Assembly: GCA_016784125.1 (NCBI GenBank) | Contig: JADHVI010000003.1 | Span: 7,241 to 71,240 of the forward strand | Source: Candidatus Woesearchaeota archaeon | Lineage (GTDB): Archaea > Nanobdellota > Nanobdellia > Woesearchaeales > GCA-2686295 | Direction of reading: 5' to 3' | DNA: 64,000 nt | Shown: piece after piece, positions 43,263 through 52,665 of the stretch | Layout: every line of letters begins with the position of its first letter | Position numbering within the stretch: position 1 is the stretch's first letter | The notes under the pieces: model-generated | What the model was told of the DNA's origin: nothing | The model's input: the letters and a program-made list of their open reading frames with translations, nothing else | The model's database searches: none | Position numbers and translations under genes: made by a program

Positions 43263-43988
43263 ATGAGTAAGGGACAACAATTATTCGATTATCAGAAAAT
43301 ATCGATAAACATGGCTAAGCTGAAAACGCATGGTCAAAGTTTTGAAATAGTTGTAGACCCAGATCTCGCAATAGACTTCAAAAACGGAAAAGAAATAGAA
43401 ATTAGAGATGTGTTAAAAGCAGAGGAAATATTCTCAGATGCAAATAAGGGATTACACGCAGCAGAGATAGAATTGCAAAGAGTATTCCAGACAAAGGATC
43501 CGTTACAAGTGGCGGACAAGATTCTAAGAGACGGAGAGATACAACTTACAGCAGAATACAGAGAAAAAGTGAGAGCAGAGAAAAAACAAAGAATTCTTGA
43601 CATAATCCACCGAAACGGAATAGATCCTAAAAGCAAATTGCCACATCCATTGCAAAGATTAGAAAATGCCTTTGATCAGGCAAATATACATATCGACGAA
43701 TTCAAAAGAGCAGAAGATCAGGTAAATGATATAGTAAAGAAACTTATGCCAATCCTGCCGATAAGATTCGCAAAAAAAGAAATACAGATAACCATACCTG
43801 CTGAACATGCAACCAAATTATATGGGCGAATAAGCAAGTATGGAGATATAAAAAAAGAGCAATGGATGAATGATGGTTCTTGGTTTGCAGTAGTAGAAAT
43901 ACCTGCAGGCCTTCAAAACGAATTCTTCGATGAATTAAACAAAGAAACACATGGCAATATAGACACTAAGATTCTAAGTGAAAGGTGA
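43263..43988 (+). CDS. SBDS (Shwachman-Bodian-Diamond) family ribosome-maturation protein
   Basis: FEIVVDPDLAIDFKNG...QLTAEYREK; canonical position between psmA and rrp4. Confidence 0.8.
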   Translation: MSKGQQLFDYQKISINMAKLKTHGQSFEIVVDPDLAIDFKNGKEIEIRDVLKAEEIFSDANKGLHAAEIELQRVFQTKDPLQVADKILRDGEIQLTAEYREKVRAEKKQRILDIIHRNGIDPKSKLPHPLQRLENAFDQANIHIDEFKRAEDQVNDIVKKLMPILPIRFAKKEIQITIPAEHATKLYGRISKYGDIKKEQWMNDGSWFAVVEIPAGLQNEFFDELNKETHGNIDTKILSER

Positions 43989-43994
43989 AATAAA

Positions 43995-44807
43995 ATGGGA
44001 AAACTATTAGTAAAAGATAAAGAAGTAGTAGTTCCAGGAGAAGTAATAGCAGATGGCATGGACTATCTGCCAAGCTTTGGAACTTACAGACAAAATGAAA
44101 AGATAATGGCAAACAGATTAGGCTTATTATCTGTTGACGGAAAAGTCGTCAAGACAATAGCCATTTCAGGGAGATATATCCCAAGAAGAAATGACGTAAT
44201 AATTGGAAGAGTATTTGATATATTAATGAGTGGCTGGAGAATGGATATTAACAGTGCATACTCAGCAGTACTAATGATGCAAGAAGCATCATTCAAATTC
44301 ATCCAAAAGGGTGCAGATCTATCAAAGTTCTTCGCACTAGATGATTACGTAGTAGCTAAAATAATAAGAGTCACATCACAAAATTTGATTGACTTAACAA
44401 TGAAAGGACCTGGGCTAAGGAAACTAGACGGTGGAAAAATCATTTCGATTAATACACATAAAGTTCCAAGAGTCATAGGCAAACAAGGATCAATGGTCTC
44501 AATGATCAAAGATGCAACTGGCTGCAGAATAACTGTAGGTCAGAATGGATTAGTATGGATAAACGGAGAGCCAGAACAAGAATCGATAGCCGTTAGTGCA
44601 ATCAAAAAAATTGAAAGCGAAGCTCACCACCCAGGACTAACAGATGAAATAAAGGTTTTTCTGGAAAAACGAACTGGGAAAAAAATCGTGAAAGCGATTC
44701 CACAACCAGAAAATAAACCCATATTCAAGAAACCAGAAAATACAGGTGCCCACAACAGTGAATCTGTTGAGGTCCCAGAACAAAAAGTTATGAGGAAATC
44801 ACAATGA
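43995..44807 (+). CDS. rrp4: exosome complex RNA-binding protein Rrp4 (S1 + KH)
   Basis: N-terminus GKLLVKDKEVVVPGEVIADG, S1 and KH (GKQGSMVSMIK) blocks. Confidence 0.8.
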   Translation: MGKLLVKDKEVVVPGEVIADGMDYLPSFGTYRQNEKIMANRLGLLSVDGKVVKTIAISGRYIPRRNDVIIGRVFDILMSGWRMDINSAYSAVLMMQEASFKFIQKGADLSKFFALDDYVVAKIIRVTSQNLIDLTMKGPGLRKLDGGKIISINTHKVPRVIGKQGSMVSMIKDATGCRITVGQNGLVWINGEPEQESIAVSAIKKIESEAHHPGLTDEIKVFLEKRTGKKIVKAIPQPENKPIFKKPENTGAHNSESVEVPEQKVMRKSQ

Positions 44808-45502
44808 CACTCAAAAAAAGACCTGATGGAAGAAAATTCGATCAGACAAGAAAAGTAGAGGCAAAAGCCGGAGTGATAAAGAACGCAGATGGATCAGGAT
44901 TTTTTAAGATAGGAAATACTAGTGCTTATGCAGCAGTATATGGCCCAAAAGAATTATTTCCAAGAAACAAACAGGATCCAAAGAAAGGACTGCTAAGATG
45001 CAACTACAACATGATGCCATTCTCAGGCGCAGGAGATAGAGTAAGACCCGGCCCAAGTAGAAGATCAAAAGAGATCTCAATGGTAACACAGAAAGCATTG
45101 CTTCCAGTAGTTGATTTAAGCAACTGCCCAAACGCAGTAGTAGATGTTTTTATCGAACTAACAGAAACAGATGCAGGTAGTAGATGCGCAGGAATATGCG
45201 CAGCTTCAATCGCGCTAGCAGATGCAGGAATAACTATGAAAGACATGGTCTCAGCAGTATCAGCAGGAATCGTAGATAATCAAGTATTAGTCGACTTAGA
45301 CTATCAAGAAGAAGCCTACGAAACAGGTGATGTTGCAGACATACCAGTCGCAATGATTCCAAACACAGAAGAGATAACACTACTGCAAATGGATGGTAGA
45401 ATCTCAAAAGAAGACTTCAAAAAAGCACTTGAAATGGTTAAACAACCATTGAAAGACTTGGCGGAGATTCAAAGAAAAGCTCTAAAAGAGAAATATAAGT
45501 GA
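44804..45502 (+). CDS. rrp41: exosome complex exonuclease Rrp41 (RNase PH)
   Basis: RPDGRKFDQTRKVEAKAGVIKNADGSGFFKIGNTSAYAAVYGP. Confidence 0.85.
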   Translation: MTLKKRPDGRKFDQTRKVEAKAGVIKNADGSGFFKIGNTSAYAAVYGPKELFPRNKQDPKKGLLRCNYNMMPFSGAGDRVRPGPSRRSKEISMVTQKALLPVVDLSNCPNAVVDVFIELTETDAGSRCAGICAASIALADAGITMKDMVSAVSAGIVDNQVLVDLDYQEEAYETGDVADIPVAMIPNTEEITLLQMDGRISKEDFKKALEMVKQPLKDLAEIQRKALKEKYK

Positions 45503-45513
45503 GGTATTGAAAA

Positions 45514-46284
45514 ATGAATCAAGATTTCAAAAATCACATGTGCCAAGCACTAAAAAAGAATGTGCGAATGGACGGAAGAAAGAACGATGAGTTCAGAAAG
45601 ATAACTGTGCAAACAGGTGTCATCGCAGGTGCTGAAGGATCAGCAAAAGTTACTTGTGGAGATACTGAATTAATAGTAGGTATCAAGATGAATGTTGGAA
45701 CTCCATACCCAGACACACCTGATGCGGGTGTACTTATGACTGGAGCAGAATTATATCCTATGTCAAACCCACAGTTTGAAGTTGGACCTCCAGGAGACAT
45801 CGCAATAGAAACAGCAAGAGTAATCGATAGAGGAATTCGAGAATCAGGAGCAATCGATACAAAGAAGCTATGCATAGAAGCAGGAGAAAAAGTGTGGATG
45901 GTATGTCTGGACATTGCACCGGTTAACTTAGATGGAAATCTAATTGATCTAGGCGCACTAGGAGCAATCGCAGCTCTAAGAAATGCGAAGTTCCCAGAGT
46001 TGAAAGATGGCAAACCAGATTACAAGCATATTTCAAAGAAGGCGCTTCCAATCTCAAAGATACCAATAGAAATAACAGTCTCAAAGATAGGAGAAAGTTT
46101 CTTGGTAGACTTAACAAATGAAGAAGAAAAATTTGTTGATGCAAGATTGACAGTCGCAGTCTTGGAAGACGACACTCTATGTGCAATGCAGAAAGGTGGA
46201 GATTCTCCATTGACTCAGGACGAAATTTTAATGATGATTGATTTAGCAATCAAGAAAAGCAAAGATTTAAGAAAACTATTGTAA
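45514..46284 (+). CDS. rrp42: exosome complex protein Rrp42 (inactive RNase PH)
   Basis: RNase-PH-like fold; RMDGRKNDEFRKITVQTGVIAGAEGSAKV. Confidence 0.8.
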   Translation: MNQDFKNHMCQALKKNVRMDGRKNDEFRKITVQTGVIAGAEGSAKVTCGDTELIVGIKMNVGTPYPDTPDAGVLMTGAELYPMSNPQFEVGPPGDIAIETARVIDRGIRESGAIDTKKLCIEAGEKVWMVCLDIAPVNLDGNLIDLGALGAIAALRNAKFPELKDGKPDYKHISKKALPISKIPIEITVSKIGESFLVDLTNEEEKFVDARLTVAVLEDDTLCAMQKGGDSPLTQDEILMMIDLAIKKSKDLRKLL

Positions 46285-46298
46285 TTGAGGTTTTAACC

Positions 46299-46559
46299 AT
46301 GGTTGATAATAGATTAGAAGAAGGAGAATTTACAAAGTACGAGATGGCTCGAATGATTGGAAGTAGATCATTGCAAATAGCAATGGGTGCGCCATTTCTC
46401 CTCAAGATATCGCCAAAGAAGCTAGAAGAGATGAAATACAATCCTGTCGAAGTAGCTAAGTTGGAGTTTCATGAGGGAGTATTGCCAATCACTGTAAAAA
46501 GAATTCTTCCACACAATAAAAAAGAGAACAAAGAACAATCTGAGAAGAAAGCTAAATAA
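46299..46559 (+). CDS. rpoK: DNA-directed RNA polymerase subunit K (Rpb6/omega homolog)
   Basis: FTKYEMARMIGSRSLQIAMGAPFLL ... EGVLPITVKRILP closely matches the RpoK core. Confidence 0.7.
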   Translation: MVDNRLEEGEFTKYEMARMIGSRSLQIAMGAPFLLKISPKKLEEMKYNPVEVAKLEFHEGVLPITVKRILPHNKKENKEQSEKKAK

Positions 46560-46576
46560 TTTTATTTTTTTATTAT
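46560..46576 (+). terminator. oligo-T tract after the superoperon
   Basis: TTTTATTTTTTTATT immediately after the rpoK stop; archaeal termination is signalled by T-runs. Confidence 0.3.
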
Positions 46577-46993
46577 CTATTTATTATTACTAATAAATAA
46601 TCCATCTAATTGGTCTTCTAATAATCTCCAATAAGAAAAGCTTTCTCTGACAGCCATAGTTGTAGTATCTTTTTCTTGAACAGTTGAATCTATATTTGCA
46701 TTCCAAACATTTTCAGGGAAATCAATTGGTCTATTTTCACCCTCAATATAAACCCTGTTGCCTCTAGAAGTTCTGTGAAGATCATTGTGATTACTGTAAG
46801 GATCAATAGTTTTAATTACTGCTTCAGAAATGGGCATAATTGGTTGCTTTGATTCCCAACTAGAAGCATAAGTTAAAATGCTAATGGCTGCTCCGAATAA
46901 AACAATTAGTGAACTTGCAATATATGTTTCTGGTTTTCGGAGATATTCTGGCATATTTTTGGAAATAAGACTAAGTTTATATTCTTTTCTCAA
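46577..46993 (-). CDS. hypothetical single-pass membrane protein
   Basis: Hydrophobic helix IASSLIVLFGAAISILTYA; no motifs. Confidence 0.4.
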   Translation of the reverse strand: MRKEYKLSLISKNMPEYLRKPETYIASSLIVLFGAAISILTYASSWESKQPIMPISEAVIKTIDPYSNHNDLHRTSRGNRVYIEGENRPIDFPENVWNANIDSTVQEKDTTTMAVRESFSYWRLLEDQLDGLFISNNK

Positions 46994-47036
46994 AAATAGA
47001 AAGAGTTAAATATAATCTTCTCCTATTTTTCTTAAA

Positions 47037-48113
47037 ATGGACATAGACAAAAGACTCGAACTAATAGGCCAAGTAGGCGAAGAAATAATAACTCCTTCAG
47101 ACCTCAGAGCGCTTCTCGAAGAGAAGAAGCGTTTCATAGCTTATGACGGATTTGAGCCTTCAGGAACCATGCATATAGCACAAGGAATTCTCAGAGCTAT
47201 CAATGTTAACAAGATGACCAAGGCAGGCGCCAAGTTCAAAATGCTAGTTGCAGATTGGCATGGATGGGCAAACAACAAAATGGGTGGTGACTTGGATAGG
47301 ATTCAAACAGTTGGAAAATACTTCATCGAAGTTTGGAAGGCATCAGGTATGAAGTTGGATGACGTAGAATTTATCTGGGTTAGTGATATGGTTAAAGATC
47401 AGGAATACTGGAAGAAAGTTATGCAAGTAGCGAGAAATTCCACTATGAAAAGAATCATTAGATGCGGACAGATAATGGGTCGAAAAGAAGGAGAAGTAAT
47501 GCAAGCATCACAGATATTATATCCTTGTATGCAAGCAGCAGATATATTTCATCTGAAAGCAGATGTCTGCCAGCTGGGAATGGATCAAAGAAAAGTAAAT
47601 GTCTTGGCAAGAGAAGTAGGTCCAAAACTTGGCTACTGGAAACCAATTGTTGTAAGTCATCACATGTTGATGGGATTAGGACAACCTACTAGTTCAGAAA
47701 AAGACGCTGTAGACAGAGCAATCGATTTGAAGATGAGCAAATCAAAACCAGACTCTGCTATATTTATGACTGATACAAAGGAAGAAATCAAGAGGAAAAT
47801 CAATAAAGCGTACTGTCCTCAAGGAGAATCATTTGAGAACCCAATATTGGAATACTGTAAATACATAATATTTGAGAAATACAAAACACTGACAATTGAG
47901 AGGCCTGAGAAATTTGGTGGTAACCTGGAATTTAAGAGTTATGCTGAACTAGAAAAAGAGTTTATAGCTGGAAAACTACATCCGATGGACTTGAAGAACA
48001 CAGTTGCAGCAAAGATTGACGAACTAATAGAGCCGGTCAGAATTCACTTTGAAAAGAATTCTAAAGCTAGAAAACTCAAAGAACAAGTCGAGAGCTTCAA
48101 AGTAACCAGGTGA
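47037..48113 (+). CDS. tyrS: tyrosyl-tRNA synthetase (archaeal type)
   Basis: Class I HIGH-region IAYDGFEPSGTMHIAQG, KMSKS (KMSKSKP), and a C-terminal ...YCPQGESFENPILEYCKYIIFEK...TIERPEKFGGNLEFKSYAELEKEF...LHPMDLKN block typical of archaeal TyrRS. Confidence 0.9.
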   Translation: MDIDKRLELIGQVGEEIITPSDLRALLEEKKRFIAYDGFEPSGTMHIAQGILRAINVNKMTKAGAKFKMLVADWHGWANNKMGGDLDRIQTVGKYFIEVWKASGMKLDDVEFIWVSDMVKDQEYWKKVMQVARNSTMKRIIRCGQIMGRKEGEVMQASQILYPCMQAADIFHLKADVCQLGMDQRKVNVLAREVGPKLGYWKPIVVSHHMLMGLGQPTSSEKDAVDRAIDLKMSKSKPDSAIFMTDTKEEIKRKINKAYCPQGESFENPILEYCKYIIFEKYKTLTIERPEKFGGNLEFKSYAELEKEFIAGKLHPMDLKNTVAAKIDELIEPVRIHFEKNSKARKLKEQVESFKVTR

Positions 48114-48119
48114 TTTTCA

Positions 48120-48881
48120 ATGCCTAATTTTGATTCTATCAAAAACATAGTTGTAGATGAATACTCAACTGAACCTGCGCAAGAAAGATATAGAAAAAAC
48201 ACTCGTGCTGGATTATGGAAATCTGAAACAATTTTGTTTGAGAAATATTTGAAACCAGGATCTTCAGTTCTAGACATTGGTTGTGGTTCAGGAAGAACAA
48301 GTTTTGCGCTTGCAAAAATGGGTTATAAAGTAACTGCCATTGATTTAACACCTGCAATGATTGCATCTGCTAAGCAACTTGGCAAAGAATTTGATATGGA
48401 TTTAGATTTCAGATTAGGTGACGCAACAAACTTAGACTTTGAAAAAGAGAGCTTTGACAACGCAGTATTCTCATTTAATGGATGGGATAATATTCCTGGA
48501 AGGGAAAATAGGTTAAAATCGTTGCAAGAAGTCTACAGAGTTCTAAAACCAGGCGGAGTATATGTCTTAACATCTCATGTTAGAAAGATGGGAAAATATA
48601 CTCCTTTTTGGATAGCGCAGTGGATGAAAATGTATATCTTGAAACCATTTGGATACAAAGTAATGGAAAAAGAATGGGGCGACAGATTCTTCAAACAAGA
48701 ACAATCGGGTTTGAAAATGAAGAATAAACAGTTTGCATGCATACCAAGCTTAAAAGAAATAAAATATCAAATAGCAAAAGCTGGTTTTACACTAGAGTTT
48801 TATGATTATAGAAATAATATTTCAAAAGAGGAACTAACAGCAGGAAACTGTACGTTCTTTATTTGCAAGAAAAATGGGTGA
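48120..48881 (+). CDS. class I SAM-dependent methyltransferase
   Basis: VLDIGCGSGRTSFALAKMGYKVTAIDLTPAMIASAKQ. Confidence 0.7.
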   Translation: MPNFDSIKNIVVDEYSTEPAQERYRKNTRAGLWKSETILFEKYLKPGSSVLDIGCGSGRTSFALAKMGYKVTAIDLTPAMIASAKQLGKEFDMDLDFRLGDATNLDFEKESFDNAVFSFNGWDNIPGRENRLKSLQEVYRVLKPGGVYVLTSHVRKMGKYTPFWIAQWMKMYILKPFGYKVMEKEWGDRFFKQEQSGLKMKNKQFACIPSLKEIKYQIAKAGFTLEFYDYRNNISKEELTAGNCTFFICKKNG

Positions 48882-49845
48882 CTGGGAATCAATATTCAAA
48901 GAGAGGAAAGATATTTTTAGAGAGCCTCAGGAAGATATGAATAAAATCATTGCTCTTTTGAAAAAAGAAAAAGCTAAAAGAGTTCTTGATCTAGGATGCG
49001 GTACAGGAAGACATACAGTTCTATTATCAAAAAACGGATTTGAAGTTTATGCGGCTGATATTTCAGAATCTGGAATAAAGAACGCAAAAAAGTGGTTGAA
49101 AGAAGAAGGTTTGAATGCCAAGTTCAAGATTCAAGATTTTTATAAAAAATTTAACTTTAAAGATGGTTTTTTTGATGCTGTGATATCAACGCAGTCTATT
49201 CATCACAATTATCAAGATAAAGTTCAGTTCTGCATTTCCGAAATCGAAAGAGTTCTCAAACCAGGCGGAATTGCTTTTGTAACTGTTTCAGCCAGCAAAT
49301 ACAAACGCAGAGCTTCTAAATATAAAATTGTAGGTCCCAGAGTTTATGTTCCAATGGATGGGGCTGAAAAAGGACTGCCTCATTTTATTTATACTAAGTC
49401 TTTGTTGAGAAAAGATTTTAAGAATTTTAAAATTATAAGTTTGCATATGGACAAAGGAAAACATTACTGTGTTTTAGGAAGGAAAGGCAATACAACTAAA
49501 TTCCAAGAAAATATCTATGCGAAGCTGAGGAAAGTGCCGAAAGGCAAAGTAACGACTTATGGAGAACTAGCCAAAGCAGTAAAGAGTAAAGCTTATCGCG
49601 CAGTTGGTAGTGCAATGAACAAGAACCCATATGTGTCTGAAAAGCATAGCTTTTCTGAACATGCCAAAAATAAAGAATTTTTGAGCACGCCTCAAGTACC
49701 ATGCCACAGAGTTGTTTGTAGCGATGGAAGTATTGGTGGTTTTGCATCTGGAGTCAAAAAGAAGATTGCAATCTTAGAAAAGGAAGGAGTTCTAGTAAAG
49801 AAGAATAAAATAGTTGATTTTGAAAAGAAACTCTACAAGTTCTAA
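48874..49845 (+). CDS. fusion protein: SAM-dependent methyltransferase + O6-alkylguanine-DNA alkyltransferase (MGMT/Ogt) C-terminal domain
   Basis: N-terminus VLDLGCGTGRHTVLLSKNGFEVYAADIS; C-terminus YAKLRKVPKGKVTTYGELA...NKNPY...VPCHRVV (PCHR active-site Cys) with a ~17-aa insertion before PCHR. Confidence 0.6.
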   Translation: MGDWESIFKERKDIFREPQEDMNKIIALLKKEKAKRVLDLGCGTGRHTVLLSKNGFEVYAADISESGIKNAKKWLKEEGLNAKFKIQDFYKKFNFKDGFFDAVISTQSIHHNYQDKVQFCISEIERVLKPGGIAFVTVSASKYKRRASKYKIVGPRVYVPMDGAEKGLPHFIYTKSLLRKDFKNFKIISLHMDKGKHYCVLGRKGNTTKFQENIYAKLRKVPKGKVTTYGELAKAVKSKAYRAVGSAMNKNPYVSEKHSFSEHAKNKEFLSTPQVPCHRVVCSDGSIGGFASGVKKKIAILEKEGVLVKKNKIVDFEKKLYKF

Positions 49846-50393
49846 GAATATTGCTCAAGAATACTGGGATTATCAGCAAGTTTTTTTCTAGCATCGTCAA
49901 TTTTGGCGTTCAAATCTACAACTTCTTGTTCATTTCTATTTGTAATACAATAATTCGCTTTGCCAGAGGAGTGATCTTTCCCTTCAACAACACGTTTTAT
50001 TTGGTATAATCCTGTTATAATAATGTGTTTTTTATTAACAGAAATACTAGGATTTAATTCAACTGCTCTTAAAATATTTTCTTCCCGCTCTTGTTTGTCA
50101 GTTGTTACATCTGAAAGTTCGAGATATAAAAAAGATAATTTAGTTGCAAAGTGATTAATAACTTGCATGTTTTTAGCATATAAATCTGTGTATCCAAAAG
50201 CAGACATGTGCAAACTGGCTGCAACTCCTCCTACAATAAAATCTTCTATATGTTTAATGTTTTTTCTGTGTCCTTTTGCTGCGGTTAGTTTATCTACAGG
50301 AATCTCTACTTTAATTGCAGTCATTCTTGCAGAAATTCCACGTCGTATATAAACCTTGGCATGATTACTATTAACTAGAAAATTCTTTGTCAA
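49842..50393 (-). CDS. hypothetical protein
   Basis: 183-aa ORF; 4-nt overlap with the upstream gene; no confident motif. Confidence 0.4.
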   Translation of the reverse strand: MTKNFLVNSNHAKVYIRRGISARMTAIKVEIPVDKLTAAKGHRKNIKHIEDFIVGGVAASLHMSAFGYTDLYAKNMQVINHFATKLSFLYLELSDVTTDKQEREENILRAVELNPSISVNKKHIIITGLYQIKRVVEGKDHSSGKANYCITNRNEQEVVDLNAKIDDARKKLADNPSILEQYS

Positions 50394-50829
50394 CTGCTTT
50401 CAAATAGTCTTTAACTCTTTTCAGCACAGAATTCAAATAATATTTTTCGATGTTCTCTTCATATAAATCAAGAAGTTTGGAGTTTTCTTTTATCCGATAA
50501 TTATTTGCAATCTTTTCGACGAAGAACAAGTCTCTGATTCTCAGCAATTGGCGCCTAATATTTGAAGGTGCAATACCCAACAAAGGTTGTTTGTACTTCT
50601 TACGATTAGCAATAGTCAATTCTTCAACTTCTTTGCTTGTTAATTCTTTCTTGGCTTCCAGCATCACCTGAAATACGTCGACCACTACATCCCTTGAATC
50701 CCCTGGTTGTAATAGTCCAACAGAAAGGCATAATTTCCTGACAAGCTCTCGTTTCTCTAAACCACTAGGGGTTTCGTACTTCCTAATAGTCATCTCTGCT
50801 AATGGGCTGTCTGTAGATATTTTTGCCAT
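50371..50829 (-). CDS. hypothetical protein (possible winged-helix DNA-binding)
   Basis: 152 aa; charged helical; LEKRELVRKLCLSVGLLQPGDSRDVVVDVFQVML resembles a wHTH. Confidence 0.35.
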   Translation of the reverse strand: MAKISTDSPLAEMTIRKYETPSGLEKRELVRKLCLSVGLLQPGDSRDVVVDVFQVMLEAKKELTSKEVEELTIANRKKYKQPLLGIAPSNIRRQLLRIRDLFFVEKIANNYRIKENSKLLDLYEENIEKYYLNSVLKRVKDYLKAVDKEFSS

Positions 50830-50922
50830 AAAGATTTGTTGAAGATGTTAGTATTTATAGTTTTTGAATTTTATAGTGATTTCTGCGATAATTTTTTATA
50901 GAGATTATAATCATTTATCTCT

Positions 50923-52665
50923 ATGGGGGTTTGTAGTAAAAAGGAATTGAAGATATTCATCACTTTTTTCTTAATATATGTTATATTCGCGCAGAGTATT
51001 GCTTGGAATGAAAATACTAGGCTAGATCTGACTTTAGCTATTGTAGATGAAGGAACATTTGCAATAGATTCCTACTTTGAAAACACAGGTGACAGAGTTA
51101 CTTTCAATGATCATTATTACACAGATAAAGCTCCAGGAATGTCTTTTTTAGGAATACCATCATATTTTGTCTATAAACAATTTTTTGGACCGCCAACTGT
51201 TGGAGAAGAACTATATGCTCCTTTATCAAAGAGTTTTGCTTCAGCTTTATTTATAGTAATAATATTTACTTCTGCTCTCTTAGGAGCATTGAGTGTAGTT
51301 TTAGTATACAGAGTATCAAATTTTTTCACGAAAAGAAAACTCCACAAAAACTTAATTGTGCTAATATATGGCCTTGGAACACTCATTTTTGTTTACTCAA
51401 GAATCTTCATGTCACATACAGCTGCAGCGTTTTTCTCATTTTTATGTTTCTATTTAATATTAAAAGCAAACCAAGAGAAGAGCAAGAAAAAATATTATTT
51501 TTTATTGGCAGGACTCAGTGGAGGTTTTGGTCTGATAACCGATTACACCGTTCTAATTGTTCTAATCATTTCTTTTTTAATGATATTTCTTGGAACCTCA
51601 AAATACAAGCTTGTTTTCACTTCTAAACTAAAACATTCTGGATTGTTCATTTTAGGATTCATATTAATTTTCTCACTCTTAATCTTTTATAATCAACAAG
51701 TCTTCAACAAGAGCATTGCTTACCCATATTCATATGTAGATTCGTCTGTGTGGACTGATTCGAGCTATGAACTATATGGTGTTACGTGTGAAGGGCTCTC
51801 ACCAGATGACACTTATCGTTGTAAAGCTATAGGAACACAAGATGTAAAACTGTGTGAAGAAATATCAGATTTTAATACTAGAGACAGTTGTTTTTTATCT
51901 CTTGCATTTTCACTAAAAGAGATTGATGTTTGCAACAATATTCTAAATAAAGATAACTCGTATTTTTGCAAATCTAGAGTGAACTACGACAAATCATTCT
52001 GTAACGAAATAGTGGATCAATCTATTAAGAAAGAATGCGTGGGAGAACTGTCAATAATAAAAAAAGTGTCTAATATTTTCTTCCTAAACAAAGAAGATGT
52101 ACCTCTAAAAATGTTTAGATTGTCATTCTTTCCTTATAGAGGATTATTTTTCTATTTTCCAATTTTAATATTTTCAATCATAGGTTTGTTCTTTATGTTC
52201 AAAAAGTACAAGTTTGAATCTTTGGCAATAGCAGGGCTGTTTTTAGTTTTATTGTGGTTTAGTGCATCACTAACTGTTTGGTGGGGTGGTTATGCTTTTG
52301 GTCCACGTCACATGACTCCTCTGATGCCTTTCTTAATGATTCCATTATTATTTTCTCTTAAAAAAATTAAGCTTCGTTACATAATGCCTTTTATAGTAAT
52401 ATCAATATTCTTCTGCGTTTTAAGTTTACAAATTCCAGAAGAAGCAGGTTTAGGTAAAACTGTTGATAATCTTACACCGTTTGGAAATCCTTTATTTGAT
52501 CATTATCTTCCTTCATTCTTGGAATCGGGACCAAGAACTATTTTATTAGAGAAATTATCTGATGTGTTTATGTCTAACATGGGATTTAAAATAGCTATAA
52601 TTTTATCATTATTGGTTTGGCATAAAGAATTGTATCGCTTAATTAGAAAAAAATCTTTTAAGTAG
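50923..52665 (+). CDS. GT-C-fold membrane glycosyltransferase (PMT/ArnT-like) with an inserted Cys-rich extracytoplasmic loop
   Basis: ~12 TM segments; first-loop acidic motif AIVDEG...YYTDKAPGMSFLGIP typical of the GT39/GT83 families; ~120-aa loop with 12 Cys (CEGLSPDDTYRCKA...CEEISDFNTRDSCF...CNNIL...YFCKS...FCNEIV...ECVG). Confidence 0.5.
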   Translation: MGVCSKKELKIFITFFLIYVIFAQSIAWNENTRLDLTLAIVDEGTFAIDSYFENTGDRVTFNDHYYTDKAPGMSFLGIPSYFVYKQFFGPPTVGEELYAPLSKSFASALFIVIIFTSALLGALSVVLVYRVSNFFTKRKLHKNLIVLIYGLGTLIFVYSRIFMSHTAAAFFSFLCFYLILKANQEKSKKKYYFLLAGLSGGFGLITDYTVLIVLIISFLMIFLGTSKYKLVFTSKLKHSGLFILGFILIFSLLIFYNQQVFNKSIAYPYSYVDSSVWTDSSYELYGVTCEGLSPDDTYRCKAIGTQDVKLCEEISDFNTRDSCFLSLAFSLKEIDVCNNILNKDNSYFCKSRVNYDKSFCNEIVDQSIKKECVGELSIIKKVSNIFFLNKEDVPLKMFRLSFFPYRGLFFYFPILIFSIIGLFFMFKKYKFESLAIAGLFLVLLWFSASLTVWWGGYAFGPRHMTPLMPFLMIPLLFSLKKIKLRYIMPFIVISIFFCVLSLQIPEEAGLGKTVDNLTPFGNPLFDHYLPSFLESGPRTILLEKLSDVFMSNMGFKIAIILSLLVWHKELYRLIRKKSFK

